Positions 46,377 through 55,974 of a DNA stretch of 64,000 bases are shown here, piece by piece. Made by a program: the position numbers and the translations under genes. The notes beneath the pieces were generated by a model that was not told the DNA's origin, ran no database searches, and saw only the letters and a program-made list of their open reading frames with translations. Source of the stretch: Verrucomicrobiia bacterium (GTDB lineage: Bacteria; Verrucomicrobiota; Verrucomicrobiia; Palsa-1439); assembly GCA_022072455.1 (NCBI GenBank), contig JAJVHY010000001.1, positions 76,990 through 140,989 of the forward strand, in the 5' to 3' direction. Position 1 is the first letter of the stretch, and the number at the start of each line of letters is the position of its first letter.

Positions 46377-47687
46377 ATGAATTACCGAATGCCAAAAAGT
46401 TTCCAATGGGGCGTGGCCTCGGCCGCCTATCAAGTCGAAGGCGGCTGGAATGCCGGCGGACGCGGGCCGTCCATCTGGGACACGTGGTGCCATAAAAACA
46501 ACCGCGTCTCCGGTGACAATGCGTGTTTCAGCTATCAGCGGTGGCGGGAAGACGTCCAACTGTTGAAGAACCTCGGCGTGCAAGCGTACCGGTTCTCGAT
46601 CAGCTGGCCGCGCGTGTTGCCGACGGGGCGCGCGCCAATCAACCAGCGGGGATTGGATTACTACGACCGGCTGGTGGATGCATTGTTGCAGAACAAGATC
46701 AAGCCGTTCGTGACGCTGTATCACTGGGACTTGCCACAGGCACTGGAAGATACCGGCGGGTGGCAGTCACGCGAAACGGCGTACGCGTATGCCGATTATG
46801 CGCGGTTGATGGTCGAACGGCTGGGTGACCGGGTGACGAACTGGATGACGTTCAACGAAATCCCGACCGGCATCGGCAAAGGCTACGAACTCGGCATCTA
46901 CGCGCCCGCCTTGAAAGTGAAACCGAAAGCGCTCGCGCTGATTTATCATCACGTCCTCGTCGCGCAAGGTCTCGGCATCCGCGCCATGCGCGCGGCGCGG
47001 CCGGGGCAAATCATCGGCATCGCGCATGACCCGTTCACACCGGTGCCGGTAATTGAAGACGCCGCGCACATCAAAGCCTGCGCGGTCGCCTACGAACGAC
47101 TCAACGCGTATTTGATGGACCCAATGTTCCGCGGGACGTATCCGAAATTCCTGCCAGTGTTCCCCGAAGTGAAGACCGGCGATATGAAACTGGTTTCCGA
47201 ACCACTGGACTTCGTCGGCTTGAACATCTACTCCGGCCTCTACACCGAACCTGGCAAGGACGGCTACCAATTGGTGAAATTCCCGACGCACTACCCGACT
47301 TCCGAAGGCTTGGACTGGCTGCGATTCATCCCGCAAGCACTCTACTGGGCCACACGCCATGTGGACGAGCGCTACGGCGTGAAAGCCATCTACATCACCG
47401 AAAACGGTTGGTCGAGCGACCGGCAGCGCGATGTCGCCGATTGGTGTAACGACGTTGACCGGATTCTTTACCTGCGTTGCTACCTCCGCGAACTGCACCA
47501 CGCGATCTCGGAAGGCATCCCGGTGCGCGGGTATTTCCTGTGGTCGTTGCTCGACAATTTTGAATGGGCGAGCGGTTACTCGAAAGGGCTGGGCTTGTAC
47601 TACGTGAACCACAAGACGGGTGAACGCCGTCCGAAACGCAGTGCCGGCTGGTACAAAACTGTCGTGCATGCCAATACCGTCGTATGA
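46377..47687 (+). CDS. bglA: GH1-family beta-glucosidase/beta-glycosidase.
   Basis: N-terminal FQWGVASAAYQVEGG, acid/base TFNEI, nucleophile YITENGW, C-terminal LWSLLDNFEWASGY. Confidence 0.9.
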   Translation: MNYRMPKSFQWGVASAAYQVEGGWNAGGRGPSIWDTWCHKNNRVSGDNACFSYQRWREDVQLLKNLGVQAYRFSISWPRVLPTGRAPINQRGLDYYDRLVDALLQNKIKPFVTLYHWDLPQALEDTGGWQSRETAYAYADYARLMVERLGDRVTNWMTFNEIPTGIGKGYELGIYAPALKVKPKALALIYHHVLVAQGLGIRAMRAARPGQIIGIAHDPFTPVPVIEDAAHIKACAVAYERLNAYLMDPMFRGTYPKFLPVFPEVKTGDMKLVSEPLDFVGLNIYSGLYTEPGKDGYQLVKFPTHYPTSEGLDWLRFIPQALYWATRHVDERYGVKAIYITENGWSSDRQRDVADWCNDVDRILYLRCYLRELHHAISEGIPVRGYFLWSLLDNFEWASGYSKGLGLYYVNHKTGERRPKRSAGWYKTVVHANTVV

Positions 47688-48829
47688 AATACAAACCGAA
47701 CTGGCCGGAAACACAGGCGCGGTTGATCAAGTTGTGGAATTGTGAGCCGACTGACCGGCCGTGCATTGCGACGGCTGTTTCCCGCCGGGTCGCGGCCGTG
47801 GCCCGACCGGCGGATCACTATGACGACTTTGACTGGGGACAGGAACCACCGGCCAGCGATGAAGCCCGTTGGCTTGATGCGGATTGGGTCACCCGGCATG
47901 CGCTTGGAACCATGACCAACACGTGGTGGGGCGGCGAGGCCATCCCGTCGTATTTGTTGATGGCCGGCTGGCTCGCGTCACTGGGAGGCCGGCCGCAGTT
48001 CGATCTGCGGACGATTTGGTTCGATCAGTTTCCGGTTGATTTCACCAAACCCCACCCGTTCCACCATCAACCCAACGACCGGTGGTATCAGCGGTTCGCG
48101 CAGTTGTATCTGACGCTGGCCAAAATCGCCGGCAAGGATGATTTCCTCCTCGGCGGTCCGGGCATTTTGCCGGCCCATGATCTTCTGTCCATGCACATGG
48201 GAACGCAAAATTTTCTCCTCGCCTTGATGGACGAGCCGGGGTGGATGCGGCAGGCGATTGTTGAGGGCGCGCAGGAACTGATCCACGTGCGACGGGACCT
48301 GCGCCGGCAAATCGAGGGAATACACGATTTCTGGTATGGCAACGCCGGCTGGATGGCGTTCTGGGCACCGCAGCCTTACATCCCGACGCAATCAGATGTG
48401 TCGTGCATGTTGTCGCCGGAGCTGTTCGAGGAATTTGTGATCCCGGAACTCGATCTGCTCGGAAACGAATTTGGCGCGATGTGGTATCACCTGGATGGGA
48501 GCGATGCGCTGCAGCATCTGCCACGGTTGCTCTCGTTGCCGTACCTCCGCGTCGTGCAGTACGTGCCGCGGCCAATCGAGCCACCCAATGGCGTCGCTCA
48601 TTTGCCGATGTACCGGCAGATTCAGGCGGCGGGCCGGATCGTGCACATTCAAGTCACGCCGGACCAAGTCGAACCACTCTGCCGTGCACTTGATCCCAGC
48701 CGGCTGATGTTGGAAGTGTCGTGGCTGTGCCAAACACCTGCTGAAGCCACCGAACTACTGGCAGCAGCGAAACGCTGGTCGTCCGCCAGATGTCAACTGC
48801 CGCCTTTTCATTTGACCAGCCAAAGCTAA
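47684..48829 (+). CDS. Hypothetical protein, possibly URO-D-like fold.
   Basis: 381 aa. ATGA overlap with the GH1 gene. A WYHLDGSDALQHLPRLLSLPYLRVVQY block parallels IWHCDGNLM..LLEVGISGFQ of the URO-D-like paralogs. Weak. Confidence 0.4.
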   Translation: MKYKPNWPETQARLIKLWNCEPTDRPCIATAVSRRVAAVARPADHYDDFDWGQEPPASDEARWLDADWVTRHALGTMTNTWWGGEAIPSYLLMAGWLASLGGRPQFDLRTIWFDQFPVDFTKPHPFHHQPNDRWYQRFAQLYLTLAKIAGKDDFLLGGPGILPAHDLLSMHMGTQNFLLALMDEPGWMRQAIVEGAQELIHVRRDLRRQIEGIHDFWYGNAGWMAFWAPQPYIPTQSDVSCMLSPELFEEFVIPELDLLGNEFGAMWYHLDGSDALQHLPRLLSLPYLRVVQYVPRPIEPPNGVAHLPMYRQIQAAGRIVHIQVTPDQVEPLCRALDPSRLMLEVSWLCQTPAEATELLAAAKRWSSARCQLPPFHLTSQS

Positions 48830-48882
48830 TCGGAATATTCTGCGTCAGGTCGCCCGGTAAAATATCAACCAGAGGTATCGCC

Positions 48883-49602
48883 ATGCCGTTAAGCCCGCAA
48901 CAAGTCGCAACTTATCACCGTGACGGGGTCTTGCCGTTGGGGCGAGTGATCGAGCCAGTTCTGGTCGAAGAAGCCCGCACCCATCTCGAAGCGCTCCGCG
49001 CGAAGAACCTGATGGATAACCCCTCCGCCGGAACTGCTCGTCGAACCTTCCGGATGCTTGACACCCGAAAACGCGACCCGTGGTTTCAGACCATCTTCAC
49101 CCACCCTGCTGTTCTCGACGCCGCAGAAGCGGTGCTGGGCCCTGACATCCAACTCTTTCAGGACAATATTTTCTACAAACCCGCGCGCGACGGCGACGCC
49201 ACCGCGTGGCATCAAGACAACATCTGGTGGCAAGCCAATCCGCCCAACATGCTCACCATCTGGATCGCGCTGGACGACGTGGATGCCTCCAACGGTGCCG
49301 TGCAATACATTCCCGGCAGTCAGACCAATCTGATCGAACCTGAGACCCCGGTTCAAGATGTCAACGGCCTCCAATACAAAGCCCTCTCGCCAGCCCAGAT
49401 CAAACAGATCGAACAGCAGCAGTCGGTGACATTCGTCGTCCCGGCTGGTCATGCGGTGATGCATCACTGCCAAACCTTGCACGGCGCACCGCCCAATAAC
49501 TCCGACCGGCTTCGCCGTGGTTACACCGTTCATCTAGCCCAAACCGGCGTCGTGAAACTCGACCCGTCAACCAATCCAGTCCTCAGGGGCCGCCCCGCAT
49601 AA
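48883..49602 (+). CDS. Phytanoyl-CoA dioxygenase (PhyH)-family Fe(II)/2-oxoglutarate oxygenase.
   Basis: Internal Met at 48883. ATAWHQDNIWWQANPPNMLTIWIALDDVDASNGAVQYIPGSQ (HxD ... ) and a distal His (AVMHHCQTLHGAPPN). Confidence 0.7.
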   Translation: MPLSPQQVATYHRDGVLPLGRVIEPVLVEEARTHLEALRAKNLMDNPSAGTARRTFRMLDTRKRDPWFQTIFTHPAVLDAAEAVLGPDIQLFQDNIFYKPARDGDATAWHQDNIWWQANPPNMLTIWIALDDVDASNGAVQYIPGSQTNLIEPETPVQDVNGLQYKALSPAQIKQIEQQQSVTFVVPAGHAVMHHCQTLHGAPPNNSDRLRRGYTVHLAQTGVVKLDPSTNPVLRGRPA

Positions 49603-49607
49603 CCACC

Positions 49608-50732
49608 ATGAATCACAGCGCCCGGGTGGCGGATTTGCTGGAGCGGATGCGCTCTGCCGAGGGCTTGGCACCGGTGGATCTCGAGCGATTTTGGGCAGAT
49701 CAGGACCGGGCTTTGGCCGCCCCCTTTGGTGCGGATATTCCCCAAGTTCCGCTCGGCATAATGATGGGCCGCGAATGTGTTTTCGATGAGCTGGCAATTC
49801 CAGAAACACCGGCCAACTGGCATAAGTTAATTCACGACGCCGAATGGTACGCCGAGACGGCGCGGGCTTACAATGACAAGGCGGAACGAATCGTCGGACG
49901 CCGACTTCTGACAGAACGCATGCCGGCTCCACAGCTGGCCACAAAACAACTCCACGATATTTTCGAATCGCGGTACGTCTGGCACAACGAATCGTATTGG
50001 CTCGAACAATCCGTCCACGGCGAGGACGAACTCCAACGCCTGCTTGATCGGGTGGACCAGCGGCTCGCCAACTTGCGTGAGTTTCTCGCCCTACCTCCCG
50101 GCGTTGCACCCTACCGCCACCAACGTGGCCCGGTCACTTTTGCGACCTCGATTTTCGGCGTGGAAGACCTGCTCTACCTCATTCTTGACAATCCATCACT
50201 CGCCGGCCGGTTCCGCGACACGATCCTGCGTGCGATGCTCGGTCTCGCGGAAGTTTACGACGAGGCCGCCGGCCAGTCGCCGCATGGGTTTTCATTTTTC
50301 GACGACAATTCGTGTCTGCTCACTCCGGAAATGTATGAATTCTTTGGCTATCCGATTTTACAGGCGATTTTTGCGAAGTACGCCCCCGCTCCCGGTGACC
50401 GGCGTTACCAGCACTCCGACTCGCCGATGGGCCATCTCTTGCCAATCCTAGCGCGCCTGAACTTCACCGCCGTCAACTTTGGCCCAACGCTCACTGTCTC
50501 CGAAATCCGGCACCACCTGCCCCACACGGTTATCGAAGGTCAACTCGCGCCATTCACTTTCAGCCGAAACGAAGAAGAAAAAATCGTCCGCGAATTTTTC
50601 CGGGACTTCGACCAAGCCCGCGCCAAACGCGGCCTGATCTTTGCCACTGCCGGCTCCGTCAACAACGGCTCACGGCTGACCGGCATGCGTTTGCTGATGG
50701 CCGCAATTCAAAAATACGGCAGGTACGACTAA
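49608..50732 (+). CDS. Hypothetical protein (possibly URO-D-like fold).
   Basis: 374 aa. No confident motif. QHSDSPMGHLLPILARLNFTAVNFGP parallels the HxDG...L block of the other URO-D-like genes. Confidence 0.4.
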   Translation: MNHSARVADLLERMRSAEGLAPVDLERFWADQDRALAAPFGADIPQVPLGIMMGRECVFDELAIPETPANWHKLIHDAEWYAETARAYNDKAERIVGRRLLTERMPAPQLATKQLHDIFESRYVWHNESYWLEQSVHGEDELQRLLDRVDQRLANLREFLALPPGVAPYRHQRGPVTFATSIFGVEDLLYLILDNPSLAGRFRDTILRAMLGLAEVYDEAAGQSPHGFSFFDDNSCLLTPEMYEFFGYPILQAIFAKYAPAPGDRRYQHSDSPMGHLLPILARLNFTAVNFGPTLTVSEIRHHLPHTVIEGQLAPFTFSRNEEEKIVREFFRDFDQARAKRGLIFATAGSVNNGSRLTGMRLLMAAIQKYGRYD

Positions 50733-51466
50733 TGAACCTGCCGCATTTGCTGAAACAGTGGCGGACCAGACAGGACGGCATTCGCGTCGTCGCCTTCGGG
50801 TCGAGCAATACGGAGATTGGCTGGCACAGCGATGGCCACCACGGCTGGCCGTGTTGGCTCTCGTGCATCTTCCGCGCCTCTGTCGGCAGGCACGTCCAAA
50901 TGCTGAACGCCGGCATCGGCGGCGATACGGCGGCCGGTCTGCTCAAGCGGATCACCCGCGACGTTCTGCCGATTCAACCCCACCTCGTCATCATCACAAT
51001 TGGCGGCAACGACTACTTTCAACAGCACCCACTCGCCGAGTTTGAGACCAACCTCCGCCAACTCGAATCCATCTTGCATCGGACTGGGGCGGTAGTCGCG
51101 TTTCAGACTTACTACGCGTTACTGCCGGACGCCGGCGCTGGCGCCGGCAACTACGACATCGGCTTCAGCGCGTATATGGATGTTGTCCGCACCGTCGCGT
51201 CAACGACGGAGGCCGGCTTGATTGACCAGTTTGCGTGGTTCACGGCCTGGCAACAAACTGATCTGGCCTCATATCGGACCATCATGCGCGATGGGGCGCA
51301 CTTGAAACCCGTCGGCAACGCGCTCTTCGGCACCTTGGCCGGACGCGTCTGCGGTTGCTGGGATCCGGCAGTACCGGCGGACTTGCCGGTAGCTGATTTC
51401 TTAGCGACGCTCGAAAAGTGTGGTGCGCCACGTCGCAATCTCGAACTACAATGGGAAAAACCATGA
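50732..51466 (+). CDS. SGNH-family hydrolase.
   Basis: Block I VVAFGSSNTE, block III IGGNDY, block V DGAHL. 244 aa. Confidence 0.6.
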   Translation: MNLPHLLKQWRTRQDGIRVVAFGSSNTEIGWHSDGHHGWPCWLSCIFRASVGRHVQMLNAGIGGDTAAGLLKRITRDVLPIQPHLVIITIGGNDYFQQHPLAEFETNLRQLESILHRTGAVVAFQTYYALLPDAGAGAGNYDIGFSAYMDVVRTVASTTEAGLIDQFAWFTAWQQTDLASYRTIMRDGAHLKPVGNALFGTLAGRVCGCWDPAVPADLPVADFLATLEKCGAPRRNLELQWEKP

Positions 51467-52260
51467 ATAACCAAATCACAGTCACCGACGCCCAACGCCA
51501 GCAATACGCTGCCGATGGCTACTTCATCACCGATGTCGTGTTCGACGAAGCAACGCTCGCCGGCATCCGGCAGGAGTTCAAACGCATGTGGGCCGAAGAA
51601 ATCGAAAAAGCGAAACAGTCCGGCGAGAAACTCGCACTCGACTGGGCGATGTACCGGCCGCACATGGCGCAGCTTGATCATCGCAGCCCGACCTGCCACG
51701 CGTTTTGTCATCACCCAGTCTTCGCCGACCTCTGTCGCCAAACCATCGGCCCCGATGCCGACCTCGTCTGGAATCAAGCCATTGTCAAAGCCGCGATGCC
51801 GAAGCAACGCAATGCCGATACTTGGGACAACGTCTTTGGCTGGCACCAGGATATTTGGTACGCGCTCAACAACGTCAAAGGCGCAAAAGAAATCTACAAC
51901 ATGGACGTACTCCGCGAACCGAATAACGCCATCACCTGCTGGTGCGCCATCAGTCGCACGACCGTGGACAACGGCACGCTTTGGGTCGTGCCAGGCGCGC
52001 ACAAGAACGGCCTCATTCACCACAACATGCACGAAGCCCGAAAGGAATGGCAGGCGCAATTGGATACAGCGTACCGCATCCCGGTCGTCCTCCGCCCCGG
52101 TCAGGTGCTCGTCTTCAACAAATACCTCCCGCACTGCAGCGGCACGAACAACTCCGACGAAACGCGCATGGCCTACCAAATCGGCTACACCGCGCCGGGC
52201 CTCTACCTCAAACCATCCGCCGACAACGCCCCATTGATGCGGGCTGGAAAATTGTCATGA
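51463..52260 (+). CDS. Phytanoyl-CoA dioxygenase (PhyH)-family oxygenase, second copy.
   Basis: Internal Met at 51463 (ATGA overlap). FGWHQDIWYAL..., CWCAISRTTVDNGTLWVVPGAH. Confidence 0.7.
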   Translation: MNNQITVTDAQRQQYAADGYFITDVVFDEATLAGIRQEFKRMWAEEIEKAKQSGEKLALDWAMYRPHMAQLDHRSPTCHAFCHHPVFADLCRQTIGPDADLVWNQAIVKAAMPKQRNADTWDNVFGWHQDIWYALNNVKGAKEIYNMDVLREPNNAITCWCAISRTTVDNGTLWVVPGAHKNGLIHHNMHEARKEWQAQLDTAYRIPVVLRPGQVLVFNKYLPHCSGTNNSDETRMAYQIGYTAPGLYLKPSADNAPLMRAGKLS

Positions 52261-53513
52261 GCGCCCTCCTCTGCGGCGCCGCCGAAGCCGACTTCACCCC
52301 CGCTCCCGGCCTGCAACTGCTCGGGCAGATGCACCAACGCATTGCGAAATACAAACGCGATCCGCTCACCGCCAACGCCATCGCCTTCCGGCAAGGCCGC
52401 GAGACCGTGGTGCTGGTGTCTGTCGACATCTGCATGCTCAATGACGCGTTCGTCCGCCGGGTCCAAAAACGTTTCCCGCACCGGCTGTTATTACACAGCA
52501 CACACACGCACGTCGCGCCCACCGTGTTTGATTTACTGACGGCCCAGGCCGATCCGCATTTCGTCCGGGCCGTCGAAGCCGCGATCCTCGCTTCCGCCAA
52601 ACACGCCATCAAGAATTTGAAACCCGCCGAACTCTTCAGCGGCACCGGCCAGATGGACCAAATGGGCTGGAACCGCCGCGCCATGTTTCGCGATGGCACA
52701 AGCCGGATGTACAGCAATTCCACGCAACGTGGTTTCATCGGCCTCGAAGGCCCGCGCGACCCGGCCCTGCCGGTCTTGTACATCCCCGGTCAGGCCGTCC
52801 TCGTCAATTTTGCCACTCATCCGAATTGCCTCGAAGGCGATTCCTTCTACAGCGCCGACTTGCCGGGGGAAGTCCGCCGGCAACTCAAAGCTGCGCTGGG
52901 TGAAAAGGTCGTGGTCGTCTATCTCACCGGCGCTGCCGGCAACACCGCCCCGAGTATTCTCGATCCGTTCGAGCCGAAACAACCATGGCGCGGTGAAGCC
53001 GGTGTCAGACGTTCCGGCCAATACCTTGCCGGCGAAGCCTTGACAGTCATCGCCAGCGCGGTGCAGCCGATGAAATCGCCGCGATTACGCGTTGTCCAAA
53101 CACAACTGCCGATCCCGGTTCGTCCCTGGCCAAAGGCCGGCTCGATTACCGATCCATTCCCGCGCCTCGCCAAATGGAAGCCGGCCCGAAAATATTACGA
53201 AGATTCCCAAGCCAATTGGCCGCCCCCCGCCGCGCCGGTAATGCTGAATGTCATCCGCATCGGCGATACGGTGATCTGCACGAACCCAGCCGAGCTGTTT
53301 GTCGAGTTCGGTTTGGAAATCCGCCGCAACTCCCCGGCGCGCGTCACATTCATCAGCGAACTCACCGACGGCTACTGCGGCTACGTCTGCACCAAGAAAG
53401 CGTATTCGCGCGGCGGGTATGAAACATGGCCGGCCCCGACGAGCAAGCTCGCGCACTCGGCCGGGCCGCAGTTCGTCGCAGCAACGCGCAAGTTGTTGAA
53501 GCGCGCTTTTTAG
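52257..53513 (+). CDS. Neutral/alkaline ceramidase-like family protein (paralog 3 of 3).
   Basis: Internal Met at 52257 (ATGA overlap; the track ORF start 51942 overlaps the upstream gene). Blocks collinear with 27254/28618 (LLGQMHQRI..., LLHSTHTHVAP, SELTDGYCGYVCTKKAYSRGGYE). Confidence 0.5.
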   Translation: MSALLCGAAEADFTPAPGLQLLGQMHQRIAKYKRDPLTANAIAFRQGRETVVLVSVDICMLNDAFVRRVQKRFPHRLLLHSTHTHVAPTVFDLLTAQADPHFVRAVEAAILASAKHAIKNLKPAELFSGTGQMDQMGWNRRAMFRDGTSRMYSNSTQRGFIGLEGPRDPALPVLYIPGQAVLVNFATHPNCLEGDSFYSADLPGEVRRQLKAALGEKVVVVYLTGAAGNTAPSILDPFEPKQPWRGEAGVRRSGQYLAGEALTVIASAVQPMKSPRLRVVQTQLPIPVRPWPKAGSITDPFPRLAKWKPARKYYEDSQANWPPPAAPVMLNVIRIGDTVICTNPAELFVEFGLEIRRNSPARVTFISELTDGYCGYVCTKKAYSRGGYETWPAPTSKLAHSAGPQFVAATRKLLKRAF

Positions 53514-54229
53514 TCGGACAGCGTTTCGGAGTTCTGCCGGTTGTAGACCTGATAGTATTTATCGAACCATTCGCGCGGGGTCTTTGGATCAGACGGCAAA
53601 TCGGACAAAGGACTGCGCCGGGCGATCAGCGCGGTAAGGAGGCCGCTACTAAAGTAACCGCTGTAATGACTGCGAAGCGAGATCCCCTGATTGTCCACTG
53701 CGATTATTTTAGCAGTGATGTTCTGAGGCAGCGCGCCGGCCACTCTGGCCCATTCCGGGAGATCAATGAGGAAAACAATTGCAGCAACATCGGCGTGTCG
53801 ATTCAGAATCTGTTTCAGGGCCGCACTGGAGCAGCCCGACACCATCGGTTCGTCGGGATCAAACTCGACTACCTCAGAGCCAGCAATCGTGACTCCTTTC
53901 TGCTGCTTCAATTCGGCCTGGAAGGCTTCCCACCGGTAATCCCGTGGCACGTCCACGCCCACCGGATCGTGATCTGTAACGATGATGAGCCGGCCTTGAT
54001 GATGAACGGCATCGAGTGTTTCCCTGGCCAACGCTTCGCCGATGCCCGCAGCCGCGCCGATGATGGGAGCGCGGTCGATCTTGTGTGTGGCCGGCTGGAG
54101 TCGCCGCCAAATGGAAGCCAGCGCGATCACAAGTACCAGAGTGGCGACGACGACTAGAATTTTCCGTTGCACGAGGTCAGTTGGGGTATGACGCACCGGG
54201 GTATTGGTTGTCATACCATTGAGTTTCAC
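53510..54229 (-). CDS. Hypothetical membrane-anchored protein, last gene of the PEP-CTERM/pseudopilin operon.
   Basis: 239-aa ORF with an N-terminal TM helix (ILVVVATLVLVIALASIW). The true start is probably downstream of 54229 to avoid overlap with the DUF1559 gene. Confidence 0.4.
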   Translation of the reverse strand: MKLNGMTTNTPVRHTPTDLVQRKILVVVATLVLVIALASIWRRLQPATHKIDRAPIIGAAAGIGEALARETLDAVHHQGRLIIVTDHDPVGVDVPRDYRWEAFQAELKQQKGVTIAGSEVVEFDPDEPMVSGCSSAALKQILNRHADVAAIVFLIDLPEWARVAGALPQNITAKIIAVDNQGISLRSHYSGYFSSGLLTALIARRSPLSDLPSDPKTPREWFDKYYQVYNRQNSETLSD

Positions 54230-55283
54230 CGCCGTTAGAGGACACGTTCAAAACTCCCTTGCCATCGGTCCAGAACAGACCACCGGGCGTGCCGTTGGGC
54301 CCGGTTCTATGCATATCCTTGCTGTACTGCAGTAACGTCGTTTTGGTGACGCGATCAACGTGGCCATCCACAAAGAGCACGTTCATGCCCAGATTGTGCC
54401 AAGCCGCGACAAAGGCATTGCAGTCGTTTCGCAACCAAATTCGTGGGTCAGGGTTGACGCCGGTCCAAGCGATGTTCCACGCATTCGTCACCTGCAAAGG
54501 AGTCAGTCCGGTGGCTCCTCCATAGGGAAGCGTGTACCCCCACGCGCCGCCGTTCGCCTGCCCCCATGGGTTCGCCAAGCCAAATGACGAACCATCGAGG
54601 GGAATTTCGCCGAGCAGCATTGCCGAGCTGCCGTAATTGAGGTCGCTCATGTTGACACGCCGCGACCAATTCTGGGGACTGGTGGGACCCGCACCACAAC
54701 TACTGGCGCCGCCGCAGCGCCAGGTCAGCGGGAAAAGATCGAGGTTCATCTGATAGTTGCTCGCCGAGAGCCGGTAACCGCCGCCAGGATAGCGCCAGGC
54801 GTTCGCCGGGCATTGGAGCAGCTTCGAGTAGGATGCATAGGTCGAGGTGACGCTCGAAGGACAACACCCGCCAATGCCACACGTATTGCATGCAATCCGC
54901 TTTTGCAGCACGCTCAACGGGCAACCCAAATACGGTGCAATCACGTAGTTCCAGCCGCCGGCGTTCTTGGTTGGGTCGGAGCTGGTGACGCAATACGCCG
55001 TGCCTTGATAGGTGGGACAGTACGATTCGCCGTTAGCGCCGGGCGCGTTGGTGCAAGCGCATTCGGGGTTAGCATAGGGATAGGCGCCATTATTGTCGTT
55101 CAAGTATCCCGAGAAACCCACGCCGAGTTGGCGTTCGTTATTGGCGCACTGTGCGTCTTTGCTGCGCGCCTTGGCTGTGGCGAGCGCCGGCATGAGCAGG
55201 GCCGCCAAAACGGCGATAAGAGTGACCACCACCAACAGTTCCACAAGCGTAAAGCCCCTTTGGAACAACGGTCGCTTTTTCAT
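54177..55283 (-). CDS. Prepilin-type N-terminal cleavage/methylation-domain protein with DUF1559 (H-X9-DG) C-terminal region.
   Basis: Internal Met at 55283: MKKRPLFQRGFTLVELLVVVTLIAVLAALLMPALA (class III signal with the G-F-T-L-V-E motif). Cys-rich middle. C-terminal NVLFVDGHVDRV. Confidence 0.8.
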   Translation of the reverse strand: MKKRPLFQRGFTLVELLVVVTLIAVLAALLMPALATAKARSKDAQCANNERQLGVGFSGYLNDNNGAYPYANPECACTNAPGANGESYCPTYQGTAYCVTSSDPTKNAGGWNYVIAPYLGCPLSVLQKRIACNTCGIGGCCPSSVTSTYASYSKLLQCPANAWRYPGGGYRLSASNYQMNLDLFPLTWRCGGASSCGAGPTSPQNWSRRVNMSDLNYGSSAMLLGEIPLDGSSFGLANPWGQANGGAWGYTLPYGGATGLTPLQVTNAWNIAWTGVNPDPRIWLRNDCNAFVAAWHNLGMNVLFVDGHVDRVTKTTLLQYSKDMHRTGPNGTPGGLFWTDGKGVLNVSSNGGETQWYDNQYPGASYPN

Positions 55284-55284
55284 G

Positions 55285-55974
55285 TCACCGTCCGAAATTC
55301 GCAATGTCGTCCACCGCGCTGAGCCGGTTGGTCCACATCGGATTATACCACGGGTAAATATTGTAGCCGCACACCCCGGTCAAAATGAAAACGCCCCCCG
55401 GAATATATGTGAAATGATCTGGGCCAAACGACCACAAGTCGAAGCTGGCGACGTTCACTTGTCCACCGCGCACAGAGCCAACGTTCTGAGCGTTAGTACT
55501 CAGGCATGGATTCATGTTGGTGAAGGCCGTGCTGGGTGAGTTGTAATAAATGAATGGCGTCCCCCAAGCATCGCAAATGTTGATCGGGGCGACACCGGTA
55601 ATGCCCGTCAACGCGTCGGAAATGCCGGATAGATTTTTCTGCAACTGGTTGGGAGGAAATTTCAGATAGGCTTTTTGACCGCCGACACTGGACAGCGAGG
55701 TGTAGAGCAGCCAATTGTTGGTGGCCTGCCAAAATCCATTCGCTGAAAGCCGAATCGGAGTGGTGACGGGATAATAACCCCAGTCGCTCTTATAACTATC
55801 CAGCGCGGCTTCGATGGCACCGATCTGACTCTGAGTCGCCGTGATCGCCATCCGTTTCTGCGCATAACTGGAGATGCCAATGGTAACTGCGGCCAAGAGC
55901 AAAACGATGAGAATCACCGTCATCAATTCGATCAGTGTGAACCCCCGCCGGCAAAAGTCGCGCCGGCTGGTCAT
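55285..55974 (-). CDS. Type II secretion/type IV pilus-like pseudopilin (GspG-like).
   Basis: Internal Met at 55972-55974 overlaps the giant-gene stop (ATGA). MTSRRDFCRRGFTLIELMTVILIVLLLAAVTIGISSYAQKRMAITATQSQIGAIEAALDSYKSDWGYYP is the prepilin leader plus the conserved Glu at position 5 of the mature pseudopilin. Confidence 0.7.
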   Translation of the reverse strand: MTSRRDFCRRGFTLIELMTVILIVLLLAAVTIGISSYAQKRMAITATQSQIGAIEAALDSYKSDWGYYPVTTPIRLSANGFWQATNNWLLYTSLSSVGGQKAYLKFPPNQLQKNLSGISDALTGITGVAPINICDAWGTPFIYYNSPSTAFTNMNPCLSTNAQNVGSVRGGQVNVASFDLWSFGPDHFTYIPGGVFILTGVCGYNIYPWYNPMWTNRLSAVDDIANFGR

